Shown in pieces: positions 9,441 through 19,283 of a DNA stretch of 64,000 nucleotides. The translations under genes and the position numbers were made by a program. How positions within the stretch are numbered: position 1 is the first letter of the stretch; every line of letters begins with the position of its first letter. A model generated the notes under the pieces. The model was not told the DNA's origin. It made no database searches and saw only the letters and a program-made list of their open reading frames with translations. Origin of the DNA: an uncultured Candidatus Binatia bacterium (lineage in GTDB: Bacteria; Desulfobacterota; Binatia; UBA9968; JAJDTQ01); assembly GCA_965213675.1 (NCBI GenBank), contig OZ243916.1:3168001-3232000 (forward strand). Direction: 5' to 3'.

Positions 9441-10229
9441 TCAGTGCGACAGGATCTGGCTCAGGAACAGCTTGGTGCGGTCGTTATGGGGGTTGTTGAA
9501 GAACGGCTCAGGGGCGTTCTCCTCGATGATCTCGCCGCCGTCCATGAAGATTACCCGGTGGGCGGCACGGCGGGCGAAGCCCATCTCGTGGGTCACCACC
9601 AGCATGGTCATGCCGGACTCGGCCAGCTCGAGCATGGTGTCGAGCACTTCTTTGATCATCTCGGGGTCGAGGGCGGAGGTGGGCTCGTCGAACAGCATGA
9701 TCTTGGGCTGCATGCACAGCGAGCGCGCGATGGCCACGCGCTGCTGCTGGCCGCCGGAGAGTTGGCCGGGATACTTGTCGGCCTGCTCGGGAATCTGCAC
9801 GCGTTCCAGGTAGCGCTGGGCTATCTCTTCGGCTTCGTCCTTGGGCAGCTTGCGCACCCACATGGGCCCTAGAGTGCAGTTCTCCAGCACGGTGAGGTGG
9901 GGAAAGAGGTTGAAGTGCTGGAACACCATCCCTACCTCGGAGCGGATCTGCTCGATGTTCTTGACGTCGCGGGTCAGTTCCGTGCCGTCCACCGCGATGG
10001 ACCCCTGCTGATGCACCTCCAGCCGGTTGATGCAGCGGATCAGGGTGGACTTGCCCGAGCCCGACGGTCCGCAGATGACGATGCGCTCGCCGGCGGTCAC
10101 GCGCAGGTTGATGTTCTTCAGCACGTGAAACGTGCCGAACCATTTGTGCATGGCCTGGATCTCCACCATCACCCTGGAGGAGTCGACCGCGGATCGGATG
10201 CGTTCGGGTTCTTCTTCGATGGTAGCCAT
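9441..10229 (-). CDS. aapP: General L-amino acid ABC transporter ATPase
   Basis: [32 protein letters not shown]; operon context. Confidence 0.9.
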   Translation of the reverse strand: MATIEEEPERIRSAVDSSRVMVEIQAMHKWFGTFHVLKNINLRVTAGERIVICGPSGSGKSTLIRCINRLEVHQQGSIAVDGTELTRDVKNIEQIRSEVGMVFQHFNLFPHLTVLENCTLGPMWVRKLPKDEAEEIAQRYLERVQIPEQADKYPGQLSGGQQQRVAIARSLCMQPKIMLFDEPTSALDPEMIKEVLDTMLELAESGMTMLVVTHEMGFARRAAHRVIFMDGGEIIEENAPEPFFNNPHNDRTKLFLSQILSH

Positions 10230-10251
10230 GAGGAAAATCGCTGGCGGTCTG

Positions 10252-11373
10252 CTAACGGTCTCCGACGCTCAGACGTCCTTCGAGCCAGAGAGAATATCGC
10301 GACATGGCGAAGCAGCTCAGGAAGAAGAAGAGCGCGATAAAGAGATACGTCTCGTTGGACAGTCCGTTCCACTTGGCGTCGGCGAGCACCGCCCGAGCCA
10401 CCCCCAGCGGGTCCAACAGGCCGATGATTACTACCAGCGTACTGTCCTTGTAAAGCCCGATGAAGACGTTGACCATGCCGGGGATGGCGATTTTGAGGGC
10501 CTGGGGCAGCGTGATCAGCCAAGTGGTCTTCCAGTAGGACAGCCCGAGGGAGTCCGCGGCCTCGTACTGGCCGCGGGAAAGGGCTTGCAAACCGCCGCGC
10601 ACCGCTTCGGCGAGGTAGGCCGCGGCGAACAGCGTGACCATGATGAGCACCCGGATGAGAAGATCGAAGTTCGTACCCGGGGGCAGGAAGTAGTTGAGCA
10701 TGGTGGAGGCGATGAACAGCAGCGTGATCAGCGGCACCCCCCGCACCACTTCGATGAAGGTGACGCACAGGACACGGATCGCCAGCAGCCGCGACTGCCT
10801 TCCGAGGGCCAGCAGGATGCCCAGCGGCAGCGACGCCACGATGCCGGTGACGCCCAGGATCATGGTGAGCAGAAATCCGCCGTAGGCGTCGGTGTCTACC
10901 ACCGGCAGGCCCAGGCCGCCGTAGATCAACCAGGCGCCCACCGCGGGATAGGCCAGCGAGAACCACAGCAGCCGGCTGCGATAGGGCGTGCGGTCGAACA
11001 GCACCGGCGCCAGCGCGGGAAAAAGCAGGACGAAGGTGAGCACCGGACGCCAGCGCTGGTCGGCGGGATAGAAGCCGTAGACGAACTGGTCCAGCCGGGT
11101 GGTGATGACCGCCCAGCAGGCGCCCTCACCCTGCTTGCGGCAGTCCACCCGGGAGCCGGCCTCCCACACCGCTTCCAGGACGAACCAGCCGATGACGGCG
11201 GTCACGAACTCGTAGATCAGCCAGATGGAAACGAGGGTCAGCGCGGTGTTGAACACCGACGAGAACAGGTTGGCGCGCAACCAGCCGATGATGCCGGCGG
11301 TGCCCGGAGGCGGCGGCAGGTCCGGGTGCTGTCCGGGCGGATAGGTCGGGGTTGCGGTGGCGGGAAGTGACAT
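10252..11373 (-). CDS. aapM: General L-amino acid ABC permease
   Basis: [34 protein letters not shown]; ATG overlaps the aapQ stop. Confidence 0.9.
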   Translation of the reverse strand: MSLPATATPTYPPGQHPDLPPPPGTAGIIGWLRANLFSSVFNTALTLVSIWLIYEFVTAVIGWFVLEAVWEAGSRVDCRKQGEGACWAVITTRLDQFVYGFYPADQRWRPVLTFVLLFPALAPVLFDRTPYRSRLLWFSLAYPAVGAWLIYGGLGLPVVDTDAYGGFLLTMILGVTGIVASLPLGILLALGRQSRLLAIRVLCVTFIEVVRGVPLITLLFIASTMLNYFLPPGTNFDLLIRVLIMVTLFAAAYLAEAVRGGLQALSRGQYEAADSLGLSYWKTTWLITLPQALKIAIPGMVNVFIGLYKDSTLVVIIGLLDPLGVARAVLADAKWNGLSNETYLFIALFFFLSCFAMSRYSLWLEGRLSVGDR

Positions 11374-12599
11374 CAGCGCTCCACCAGCCGGACCCGGCGG
11401 TTGTACCAGTTCATGAACACGGAAATGCTCAGGGAAATGGCCAGGTAAACCAGCAAGACCAGCATCATGCACTCGATCTCCCGCCCTGTCTGATTCAGAG
11501 TGATCCCCCCCAGGGTCCCCACCAGGTCCACGTAGCCGATGGCGATGGCCAGGGACGAGTTCTTGGTGAGGTCAAGGTACTGGGAGGTGAGCGGCGGGAT
11601 GATTACCCGAAGCGACTGAGGCAGGATCACCAGGCGCAGGACGCGTCTGCGGGAAAGTCCCAGCGCGTGTGACGCCTCGATCTGGCCCTTGTCCACGGCG
11701 AGGATGCCGGCGCGGACGTTCTCGGCAATGAAGCCGGAGGTGTAGAACGCCAGCGCCCAGGTCAACGCCACCAGCTCGGGCGTGAGGTAGAGTCCGCCCC
11801 GGAAGTTGAACCCATGGAGCTCCGGCACGTCGAAGGAAAGGGTAGCGCCGGCGGCCACGTAGGCAAGCCCCGGCAGTCCCACGATCAGGGCGGCGGAAAT
11901 CCAGCCGCCGGGAAGCTGCCGGCCGGTGGCTTCCCGGACCCGGCGTACGTGACGGTGGACGAAGACCGCCCCCACGATGGCCGCCACGAGAGCCAGCGCG
12001 ACCCACTCGAATCCCGATTCGAACAGGGGCTTGGGAACGTAGAAGCCCCGGTTGGTGAGGAACGTGGCGCCGCCGACGGTCACGGCCTGCCGTGGATGCG
12101 GCAGCGTGTTGATGAATATCCCGTGCCACAGCAGGATGAGCAGCAGCACGGGGGTGTTGCGGGTGAACTCGACGTAGCAGTACGCCAGGCGCGACACCAG
12201 CCAGTTGTCCGACAACCGGAATATGCCGACGAGGAAACCGAGCACCGTGGCCAGGATGATCCCGAGGAAGGCCACCACTCCCGTGTTGATCAGCCCCACC
12301 AGCGCTGCGCGCAGGTGCGTGTCCCGGTTGGTGTACTCGATGAGCGTCTGGTTGATGTCGTAGTTGGCGGGGAGCCAGAGGAAGTCGAAACCGAAGGTCT
12401 TGTCGAGGATGGCGAAGTTGGCGACGACGTTGGCGATCATCCAGGCCACGGTCGCGAACACGCCGAGCAGCACCAGGATCTGGATGGCGACGCCGCGTAC
12501 CGCCTCGTCGTACCACAGGCTGCCGAAGCTGAAGTTGGGCCCTGGAGGCGGACCGGGTCTCTCGGTAGATTGCACCACGCCCGGTAGTCTATACGACAT
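11373..12599 (-). CDS. aapQ: General L-amino acid ABC permease
   Basis: GFDFL, RNTPVLL, ENVRAGILAVDKGQIEA, KNSSLAIAIGY. Confidence 0.9.
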   Translation of the reverse strand: MSYRLPGVVQSTERPGPPPGPNFSFGSLWYDEAVRGVAIQILVLLGVFATVAWMIANVVANFAILDKTFGFDFLWLPANYDINQTLIEYTNRDTHLRAALVGLINTGVVAFLGIILATVLGFLVGIFRLSDNWLVSRLAYCYVEFTRNTPVLLLILLWHGIFINTLPHPRQAVTVGGATFLTNRGFYVPKPLFESGFEWVALALVAAIVGAVFVHRHVRRVREATGRQLPGGWISAALIVGLPGLAYVAAGATLSFDVPELHGFNFRGGLYLTPELVALTWALAFYTSGFIAENVRAGILAVDKGQIEASHALGLSRRRVLRLVILPQSLRVIIPPLTSQYLDLTKNSSLAIAIGYVDLVGTLGGITLNQTGREIECMMLVLLVYLAISLSISVFMNWYNRRVRLVER

Positions 12600-12614
12600 G
12601 GGCCGTATGGATTA

Positions 12615-12647
12615 CCAGTGTCGCGCGCTATGGCGGCGCGACACTGG
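12615..12647. other. Intercistronic hairpin after aapJ
   Basis: ccagtgtcgcgc ... gcgcgacactgg 12-bp stem. Confidence 0.5.
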
Positions 12648-12684
12648 ATCCACACGGTTCATGCTGGTGTGAAACCTGTCCGAT

Positions 12685-13716
12685 CTACCGGAATGGCGGG
12701 GCGTAGAGCAGTCCGCCGTCGGTCCACTGGGCGTTGAGGCCCCGGTCCAGGCCGATGAGGGTACTTTTGCCGAGGTGCTTCTCGAAGACCTCGCCGTAGT
12801 TGCCCACCTGCGCGATGATGTTCACCGCCCAGTCCTTGGACAAACCCAGCCGCTCGCGGCCCTGCAGCTCCTCGACGCCGAGAAGGCGGTTGACCTCCTT
12901 GTTCTTGTTTTCCTTGGACGCCATTGCCTTGGCGTTCTTGGAGGTCACGCCCATCTCCTCGGCCGCGATCATGGCGTTGAGGGACCAGCGCACGATGTCC
13001 GCCCACTGATCGTCGCCGTGGCGAACCAGCGGTCCCAGCGGCTCCTTGGAAATGATCTCGGGCAGCACCACGTGGGCGTCCGGGTTGTCGGTGGCGGCTC
13101 GGGTCGCCGCCAGGCCGGAGCGGTCGGTGGTGTACACGTCGCAACGGCCGGCCAGGTAGTTGGTGCGTGCCTCGGTGTTGGTCTCGATGGGCACCGGCTC
13201 ATACTTCATGTTGTTGGCGCGGAAGTAGTCCGCGAGGTTCAGCTCGGTAGTGGTGCCGGTCTGGATGCAGACCGAAGCGCCGGCGAGGTCCTTGGCGGAC
13301 TTGACGCCGAGCTTCTTGGGGGCCATGAAGCCCTGGCCGTCGTAGTAGTTGATGCCTACGAAGGTGAGCTGAAGGTCCACGTCCCGGCTGAAGGTCCAGG
13401 TGGTGTTGCGCGACAGCATGTCGATCTCAGCCGAACGCAGCGCGGTGAAGCGCGTCTTGCCGGTGAGGTTCTTGTACTTGAGCTTGTTGGCGTCGCCGAA
13501 CACTGCGGCGGCCACCGCCCGGCACACGTCCACGTCGAAGCCCTTCCACACGCCCTTGTCGTCCGGCGCGGCGAAGCCCACCAAGCCCGTGTTGATGCCG
13601 CAGATCAGGTGCCCCCGCTGGCGGACATCGTCCAGAGTACCCGCCGAGGCCAAGGACGCCGTCGCCAACGCCACGGCGACCAAGCCTACCGAAAACGCGC
13701 GTATCGAATTTCTCAT
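12685..13716 (-). CDS. aapJ: General L-amino acid ABC substrate-binding protein
   Basis: Signal peptide; GFDVDVCRA, LSRNTTWT, YYDGQGF, ISKEPLGP, VGNYGE, GLLYAPPFR. Confidence 0.93.
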   Translation of the reverse strand: MRNSIRAFSVGLVAVALATASLASAGTLDDVRQRGHLICGINTGLVGFAAPDDKGVWKGFDVDVCRAVAAAVFGDANKLKYKNLTGKTRFTALRSAEIDMLSRNTTWTFSRDVDLQLTFVGINYYDGQGFMAPKKLGVKSAKDLAGASVCIQTGTTTELNLADYFRANNMKYEPVPIETNTEARTNYLAGRCDVYTTDRSGLAATRAATDNPDAHVVLPEIISKEPLGPLVRHGDDQWADIVRWSLNAMIAAEEMGVTSKNAKAMASKENKNKEVNRLLGVEELQGRERLGLSKDWAVNIIAQVGNYGEVFEKHLGKSTLIGLDRGLNAQWTDGGLLYAPPFR

Positions 13717-13792
13717 CGCTACTCCTCCAGGTAATTTCGCCTAACCCAACCCTTTAGTGAACGGACGAGAACTCTGCTCATCTAGAGAACCA

Positions 13793-13823
13793 ATCATAAC
13801 ACAAACGGAAGGAGTAAGGTCAA
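13793..13823 (-). promoter_or_regulatory. Possible sigma70 promoter for the aap operon
   Basis: Minus strand TTGACC-N19-TATGAT with TG extended -10; spacing is suboptimal. Confidence 0.3.
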
Positions 13824-13901
13824 CCCCAATGTTGCAAGAGAGGTTGGTGAAGAGTGATCCCATGCATGTTCCAGGAAACGTCATTCCAGTGCCTGTCAGT
13901 G

Positions 13902-14612
13902 TCAGCCGCCTAGGTAGGCCTGCTTGACGGCGGGGTCGGCGAGCAGGTCCCCCGACTTCCCTTCCAGCACCAGGTTGCCGTTCTCCAGCACATAGCCCCG
14001 GCCGGCGAACTGGAGCGCCAGTTGCGCGTTCTGCTCCACCAGCAGGATGGTGGTGCCTTCCTGGTTGATCTCCCGTAGGGCGTCGAACACGGTCTTCATC
14101 ATGAGCGGCGCCAGGCCCATGGAGGGCTCGTCCAGCAGCATGAGCTCGCGGCCGCTCACGAACGCCCGGCCCACGGCCAGCATCTGCTGCTCGCCGCCGC
14201 TCAGGGTGCCGGCCTTCTGGTGTTCCCGTTCCGCCAGCCGCGGAAAGATGGCGAGGACCCGGTCGATGTCCGGTTTGATGCCGGCGTCCCTTCTGGCGAA
14301 ACACGCCAGCCTGAGGTTTTCCATCACCGTGAGGTTGTCGAACAGGCGCCTGCCCTCGGGCACGTGGGAGATGGCGAGCTGGCTCACCACCTTGTCGGCG
14401 GAGTATCGCAGCAGGTCCTTGTCCCTGTACCGCATGCGGGTCCCCGCCTCCACCTCCACCATGCGCGAGATCGCCAGCAGCGTGGTGCTCTTGCCGGCGC
14501 CGTTGGCGCCGATGATGCAGACGATCTCGCCCTCGTCGATCTCGAAGCCGATCCCCTGGAGGGCGCGGATCCGGTCGTAGGAGACGCGCAGATTTTCGAC
14601 GGACAACAACAT
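13902..14612 (-). CDS. livF: Branched-chain amino acid ABC ATPase (LivF-like)
   Basis: GANGAGKSTT, VPEGRRLF, LSGGEQQMLA, DEPSMGLAP. Confidence 0.9.
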   Translation of the reverse strand: MLLSVENLRVSYDRIRALQGIGFEIDEGEIVCIIGANGAGKSTTLLAISRMVEVEAGTRMRYRDKDLLRYSADKVVSQLAISHVPEGRRLFDNLTVMENLRLACFARRDAGIKPDIDRVLAIFPRLAEREHQKAGTLSGGEQQMLAVGRAFVSGRELMLLDEPSMGLAPLMMKTVFDALREINQEGTTILLVEQNAQLALQFAGRGYVLENGNLVLEGKSGDLLADPAVKQAYLGG

Positions 14613-14617
14613 CGCCG

Positions 14618-15385
14618 TTACGTTTCGGTGGCTCCCAGGTAGGCGTCGATGACCCTGGGGTTGTTCTGGATCTCCTCCGGGGTGCCCTCGGCGATCACCT
14701 CGCCGAAATCCAGCGTCTGGATCCTCTCGCACAGCTCCATGACGAAGCGCATCCGGTGCTCGATGAGGAAGATGGCCAGGTTCAGCTCCCGGTGCACGCG
14801 CCGGATGATCTCCATGATCTGCACCAGCTCGTCGGGGTTCATGCCGGCGGTGGGTTCGTCCAGCAACAGCAGCCGGGGCTCGGTGGCCAAGGCCCGGGCC
14901 ATCTCGACCCTCCGCTGGGCGCCGTACGGCAGGTTGGGCACGGCTTGGTCCGCCAGGTGGCGGATGTCCATCATTTCCAGCAGATCATACGCCTTCTCCT
15001 CGATCTCCCGCTCTTCCCGGTGGCGTCTCGGGGTGCCGAGCATTGCCCCCATCAGGCCGTAGCCGATGCGCGAAAAGCACGCCATCTTGACGTGTTCGAG
15101 CACGTTCATGTGACGCCACAGGCGCAGGTTCTGAAAGGTCCGCCCGACGCCCCTGGACGCGATGCGGTGGGGCGCCAGGCCGTTGATGCGGGCGCCGTTC
15201 AGGCGCACCTCTCCCCGGGTGGGGTTGTAGATGCCGGTGATGAGGTTGAAGATCGTGGTCTTGCCCGCGCCGTTGGGGCCGATGAGCCCGCGGATCTCTC
15301 CCGGATCGACGGCCAGGTTGTAGTCGTGCACCGCGCGCAGGCCGCCGAACTGGTGGGTGACATGAGTCATTTCAAGGAAGGGCAT
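14618..15385 (-). CDS. livG: Branched-chain amino acid ABC ATPase (LivG-like)
   Basis: GPNGAGKTT, RTFQN, LPYGAQRRVE, DEPTAGMN, AYLG. Confidence 0.9.
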   Translation of the reverse strand: MPFLEMTHVTHQFGGLRAVHDYNLAVDPGEIRGLIGPNGAGKTTIFNLITGIYNPTRGEVRLNGARINGLAPHRIASRGVGRTFQNLRLWRHMNVLEHVKMACFSRIGYGLMGAMLGTPRRHREEREIEEKAYDLLEMMDIRHLADQAVPNLPYGAQRRVEMARALATEPRLLLLDEPTAGMNPDELVQIMEIIRRVHRELNLAIFLIEHRMRFVMELCERIQTLDFGEVIAEGTPEEIQNNPRVIDAYLGATET

Positions 15386-16652
15386 GGCGTTCCCCTTCCG
15401 GTGCGTTCTTGGGTTTCAGGATGGCTCTCATGTCGAATTCCCTGAAGGCCACGAGGCCCGTGGGCCGGTAGATCATCACCAGGATGAGCAGCAGCGGGAT
15501 GATGATCCACTTGAATATCTCCAGGGGACGCAGGGCCTCGCCCAAGAGACTGATGCCCACCGCGCCCACGATGGAGCCGTAAACCGAATTCAGGCCGCCG
15601 AAGTACACCATGGCCAGCACTTCGGCCAGCTTCTGGATGCCGAATGTGCCGGGATTGACGTAGCGCAGCACGTGGGCGAACAGGCCACCGGCCACCCCCG
15701 CCCAGAACGCGGCGAACAGGAAGCCCACGACCTTGGTGTAGCGCGTGTCCACGGTCATGGCCGTGGCCGCGGTTTCGTTGTCGCGCACCGCGTTGAGCGC
15801 CAGTCCCAGGGTCGAGCGCACGAAGTTGTTGATGACCCACACGCACGTCACGGTCCACAGGAACACGGTGGGAAGGCCGGCCCAATCGGGCTGCCCGCCC
15901 AGTCCGCGGGCGCCGCCCACCACTTCGAGGTTTTCGATCAGGCTCTTGATGATGAACAAGAACGCCAGCGAGATGATGGCGAGGTAGTCGCCGCGGGTCC
16001 GGAACGAGGGAATGGCCACCACCAGGGCGCTCACTGCGGCCACCAGACCGGCGATGATGAGCACCAGCGGAAAGAGGAACGGCCCAAGGGCGGGAGGCAG
16101 CAGCGCCTCGCCGAACTCGCGGTGTCTGGTGAACAGATCGACGCTGAGCACCGAGGCCACGTAGGCGCCCACCGCCATGAAGCCGGGATGGGAGCACGAA
16201 AATTCGCCCATGTAGCCGTTGATCACGTTGAGGCTGAGCGTGACCATCACCGCGATGAGGGTGAAGCGGAGCACCAGGTCGCGGTAGTCGCTCAGGCCGG
16301 ACCACAGGTCCAGGGCGGCGTAGAAGAGCCCCAGGTGGACCGCCGCGGCGACCCACAGCGGCAATCGCAGCAGCCAGGCGGCCGCCCGGTTGGCCACGCC
16401 CGCGCCGAGCCGCCCGATGACCGCGATGGGCAGGCCGTAGACCAGCACCAGGTACGCGAGGGCGCCGGGAAGCAGGTGCGGTTGCTTGAGGGCCAGCACC
16501 ACACCGAAGAGCACCGGGATCTTGGGCAGCCCCAGCGCGTGGGCCAGAGGCGTGCCCCACTGGATCTCCACCGCCACCGCGATGAAGGCGGCGGCGAGCC
16601 ACCCCAGCAGAGGCACTTGAGAGAAGCCGCGCATCGTCCGGCGCACGTCCAT
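15372..16652 (-). CDS. livM: Branched-chain amino acid ABC permease (LivM-like)
   Basis: LNVINGYMG, RTRGDYLAI, AVRDNETAA. Confidence 0.88.
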   Translation of the reverse strand: MDVRRTMRGFSQVPLLGWLAAAFIAVAVEIQWGTPLAHALGLPKIPVLFGVVLALKQPHLLPGALAYLVLVYGLPIAVIGRLGAGVANRAAAWLLRLPLWVAAAVHLGLFYAALDLWSGLSDYRDLVLRFTLIAVMVTLSLNVINGYMGEFSCSHPGFMAVGAYVASVLSVDLFTRHREFGEALLPPALGPFLFPLVLIIAGLVAAVSALVVAIPSFRTRGDYLAIISLAFLFIIKSLIENLEVVGGARGLGGQPDWAGLPTVFLWTVTCVWVINNFVRSTLGLALNAVRDNETAATAMTVDTRYTKVVGFLFAAFWAGVAGGLFAHVLRYVNPGTFGIQKLAEVLAMVYFGGLNSVYGSIVGAVGISLLGEALRPLEIFKWIIIPLLLILVMIYRPTGLVAFREFDMRAILKPKNAPEGERHALP

Positions 16653-16677
16653 GACCGAGCCCGTCCGTTCCCTGCCC

Positions 16678-17601
16678 TCAGAGCCTCAGGCGCGCGCTGT
16701 AGGGTTCGCCGAAGAAGCCGTGCGGCCGGACGATGAGGATCAGCAGCACGATGGAGTAGGCGATCAGGTCGCGCAGCGTCGAGGGAAAGACCATGGCGAC
16801 GAAGATCTCGATGAATCCCAGCAGGAAGCCCGCCAGCGTGGCTCCCATCACCGAGCCCCGGCCGCCGAGGATGGCGGCGACAAAGGCCTTCCAGCCGAAC
16901 ACGATGCCCATGTAAGGGTCGAGCACCGGGTAGGCCAGAGCGTAGAGAATACCGGCGGCCGCCGCCAGCGCCGAGCCCAGCGCAAAGGTCAGCGTGGCGA
17001 TGGCGTTGACGGAGACTCCCATCAGCGGCACGGCGGCGAAGTCGAACGCCATGGCGCGCATGGCCAGGCCCCATTTGGTCTTTTGCACGAAGAAGTGCAT
17101 GGCCGTGGCCAGCAGCAGCGCCACTACCACGATCATGATCTTTTTGTTGGTGATGAAGACGCCCGCCACCTCGTAGACCGAGGTGTCGATGAGCGACGGA
17201 AATTGGATCCGCTGAGCGCCCAGCAGGGCCAGGTTGCCGGTCTCCAGGATGATCCCGATCATCAACCCGGTGATGGCGGCGGAGGCCCGCGGCGCGTTCC
17301 GCAGGGGGCGGTAGCCGATGCGTTCGACGAGCATGCCGACGAACGAAGTGAGCACCATGGCCAGCAGGATGGTCAGGACCAGGATGGCCCAGGGGGGCAG
17401 CGCCAGCGTGCCGTCGGCCGCGTATGCCAGCAGCACCGCGGCCACGCCGACGCCGATGTAGGCGCCCACCATGAAGATGTCGCCGTGGGCGAAGTTGAAC
17501 AGCATCAGGATGCTGTAGACCATGGAATAGCCCAGGGCGATGAGGGCGTAGAAGCTGCCCCATTGCAGGGCGTTCACGAGGTTTTGGAGAAACAGCGACA
17601 T
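16678..17601 (-). CDS. livH: Branched-chain amino acid ABC permease (LivH-like)
   Basis: YALIALGYSMVY, NFAHGDIFM, KAFVAAILGG, RPHGFFG. Confidence 0.9.
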   Translation of the reverse strand: MSLFLQNLVNALQWGSFYALIALGYSMVYSILMLFNFAHGDIFMVGAYIGVGVAAVLLAYAADGTLALPPWAILVLTILLAMVLTSFVGMLVERIGYRPLRNAPRASAAITGLMIGIILETGNLALLGAQRIQFPSLIDTSVYEVAGVFITNKKIMIVVVALLLATAMHFFVQKTKWGLAMRAMAFDFAAVPLMGVSVNAIATLTFALGSALAAAAGILYALAYPVLDPYMGIVFGWKAFVAAILGGRGSVMGATLAGFLLGFIEIFVAMVFPSTLRDLIAYSIVLLILIVRPHGFFGEPYSARLRL

Positions 17602-17701
17602 GACCTGACACGCGGCGGCTGTCGAACATTCTCCTCGGGCCAACCGGAGGCTCTCGTCAGGGCCGCCGGTAAAAGCCGGTTGCACGGCGGCGTTATCGTG
17701 C

Positions 17702-17739
17702 GTGGAGATACAGGGAAACGGTTTCCCCTGTATCTCCAC
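17702..17739. other. Intercistronic hairpin after first livK
   Basis: gtggagatacagggaaac / gtttcccctgtatctccac long stem. Confidence 0.55.
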
Positions 17740-17795
17740 AGGCTCGGCGCGCCGGTACGGCTGGCGTGGTTACACGCGTGGGTCCGGCTTCGGAC

Positions 17796-18965
17796 CTACG
17801 GGCACACGGACTTGTAGAACTCGAACTGACCCTTGTCGCTGATGCGGACGATGACCGCGCACTTCACCGGGTCGCCCTCCGGGGTGAAGGCCATGTCTCC
17901 GGTGATGCCCGAGAACTTCTTGATCCCGGCCATGGCGTTCTTGACGTTCTCGCGGTCCTTCTTGATGTCGCCCGTCAGTCCTCCGGTCTGCCCGATGGCG
18001 TGCGCCACGATGCGCAGCGAGTCCCAGGTGAGCGCGCCCACGTCGTCGGGCACGTAGTCGTACTTCGCGTTGTAGCGGTCGATGAACTCCTTGGTGGCCC
18101 CGGTGGCGCCCGCGGCCGCGTAGTGGGTGCTGAAGAAGGAGCCGTTGCAGTCCTTGCCGCACAGCTTCACCGTCTCCGCGGAACCCCAACTGTCGCTGCC
18201 CACGATGGGGCTCTTCACGCCGAGCTGGCGCGCCTGCTGTACGATCAGCGCCACCTCGTTGTAGTACTGGGGCGTGAACAGCACTTGGGCGCCCGAGCCG
18301 CGGATCTTGGTGAGCTGCGAGCTGAAATCGGTGTCCTTGGTGGTGAAGCTCTCGAAGGCGACCACCGAGCCCGCGCCGTGGAGCTTCTCCCAGGCGCCCT
18401 TGAAGAACTCGGCCAAACCCTTGGGATAGTCGCTGGCGACGTCGTAGAGAACCGCGGCCTTGGTGAACTTGAATTCGTCGGTGATGAAATTCGCCAGCAC
18501 CGGTCCCTGGAACGGATCCAGGAACGGCGCGCGGAAGACGTACGGCCGGTCCTTGGTGGTGTTGGGGTTGGTGGACCACGGGCTGATCATGGGGGTGGCC
18601 CGGTCCTGGGCCACGCCGCCCGCGGGAACCGCTTGTTTGGACGACTGCGGGCCGATGATGGCCAGCACCTCGTCCTCGGTAATCAGCTTGGTGTTGGCCT
18701 TCACCGCGGACTCGGCCTTGGACTCGTTGTCCTCGATGACCAGCTCCACCGGATGTTTCTTGCCGCCAACCTCCAGGCCGCCCGCGGCCTTGATGTCCTC
18801 AAGCCACATCTCCGCCGCGAACTTCGAGCCCTCGCCCACCTTGGGGATGTCGCCCGTCAGCGGGATGTTGAGGCCGATCTTGATGGTCTGGGCCGAAACG
18901 GCCGCAGCCAGGACGAATAGCGCTGCAAGCACCATCGTCGAGGAAAAGAAGGCTTTTCGTGTCAT
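17796..18965 (-). CDS. Branched-chain amino acid ABC substrate-binding protein (LivK-like)
   Basis: Signal peptide; IKIGLNIPLTG, STNPNTT, YVFR, DFSSQLTKI, FSGITG. Confidence 0.9.
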   Translation of the reverse strand: MTRKAFFSSTMVLAALFVLAAAVSAQTIKIGLNIPLTGDIPKVGEGSKFAAEMWLEDIKAAGGLEVGGKKHPVELVIEDNESKAESAVKANTKLITEDEVLAIIGPQSSKQAVPAGGVAQDRATPMISPWSTNPNTTKDRPYVFRAPFLDPFQGPVLANFITDEFKFTKAAVLYDVASDYPKGLAEFFKGAWEKLHGAGSVVAFESFTTKDTDFSSQLTKIRGSGAQVLFTPQYYNEVALIVQQARQLGVKSPIVGSDSWGSAETVKLCGKDCNGSFFSTHYAAAGATGATKEFIDRYNAKYDYVPDDVGALTWDSLRIVAHAIGQTGGLTGDIKKDRENVKNAMAGIKKFSGITGDMAFTPEGDPVKCAVIVRISDKGQFEFYKSVCP

Positions 18966-18994
18966 GGCTGTCTCCCTTCAGTCAAGGTCTTGAG

Positions 18995-19009
18995 AATGAT
19001 TTTATCATT
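18995..19009. promoter_or_regulatory. Palindromic operator candidate AATGAT-TTT-ATCATT
   Basis: AT-rich 6-3-6 palindrome 30 bp upstream of the livK start in a GC-rich genome. Confidence 0.35.
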
Positions 19010-19283
19010 GCCGAAGACAGACACAAGACGAATCTTATCCGGGAATCCCGCATTGCCTCAGTTCGCGTCCGCGCGGACGCTGTCCGGCATGGGGCCAGTG
19101 GAGTTGCGATCAGTTGACTGGAGTGGTCCGGTCGTCCGGCGGCGATAGACCGTCAAAGCCCTTTCGCGAGGGCAATCTGCTGGCGTTACCCGAGTCCGGC
19201 AATTCTCGCGGCGTATCTGGTTTCCCGGGTTGGCCCGGCTTGCCAGGCATGGCGCAAGCTCCCGGGGCCGGCACGGCTTCCAA

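Noticed and set aside
19020-19280. Possible riboswitch in the long livK leader (hairpin gccctttcgcgagggc)
   Set aside because: Could not match the conserved core of any riboswitch class by eye; an Infernal/Rfam scan would be needed
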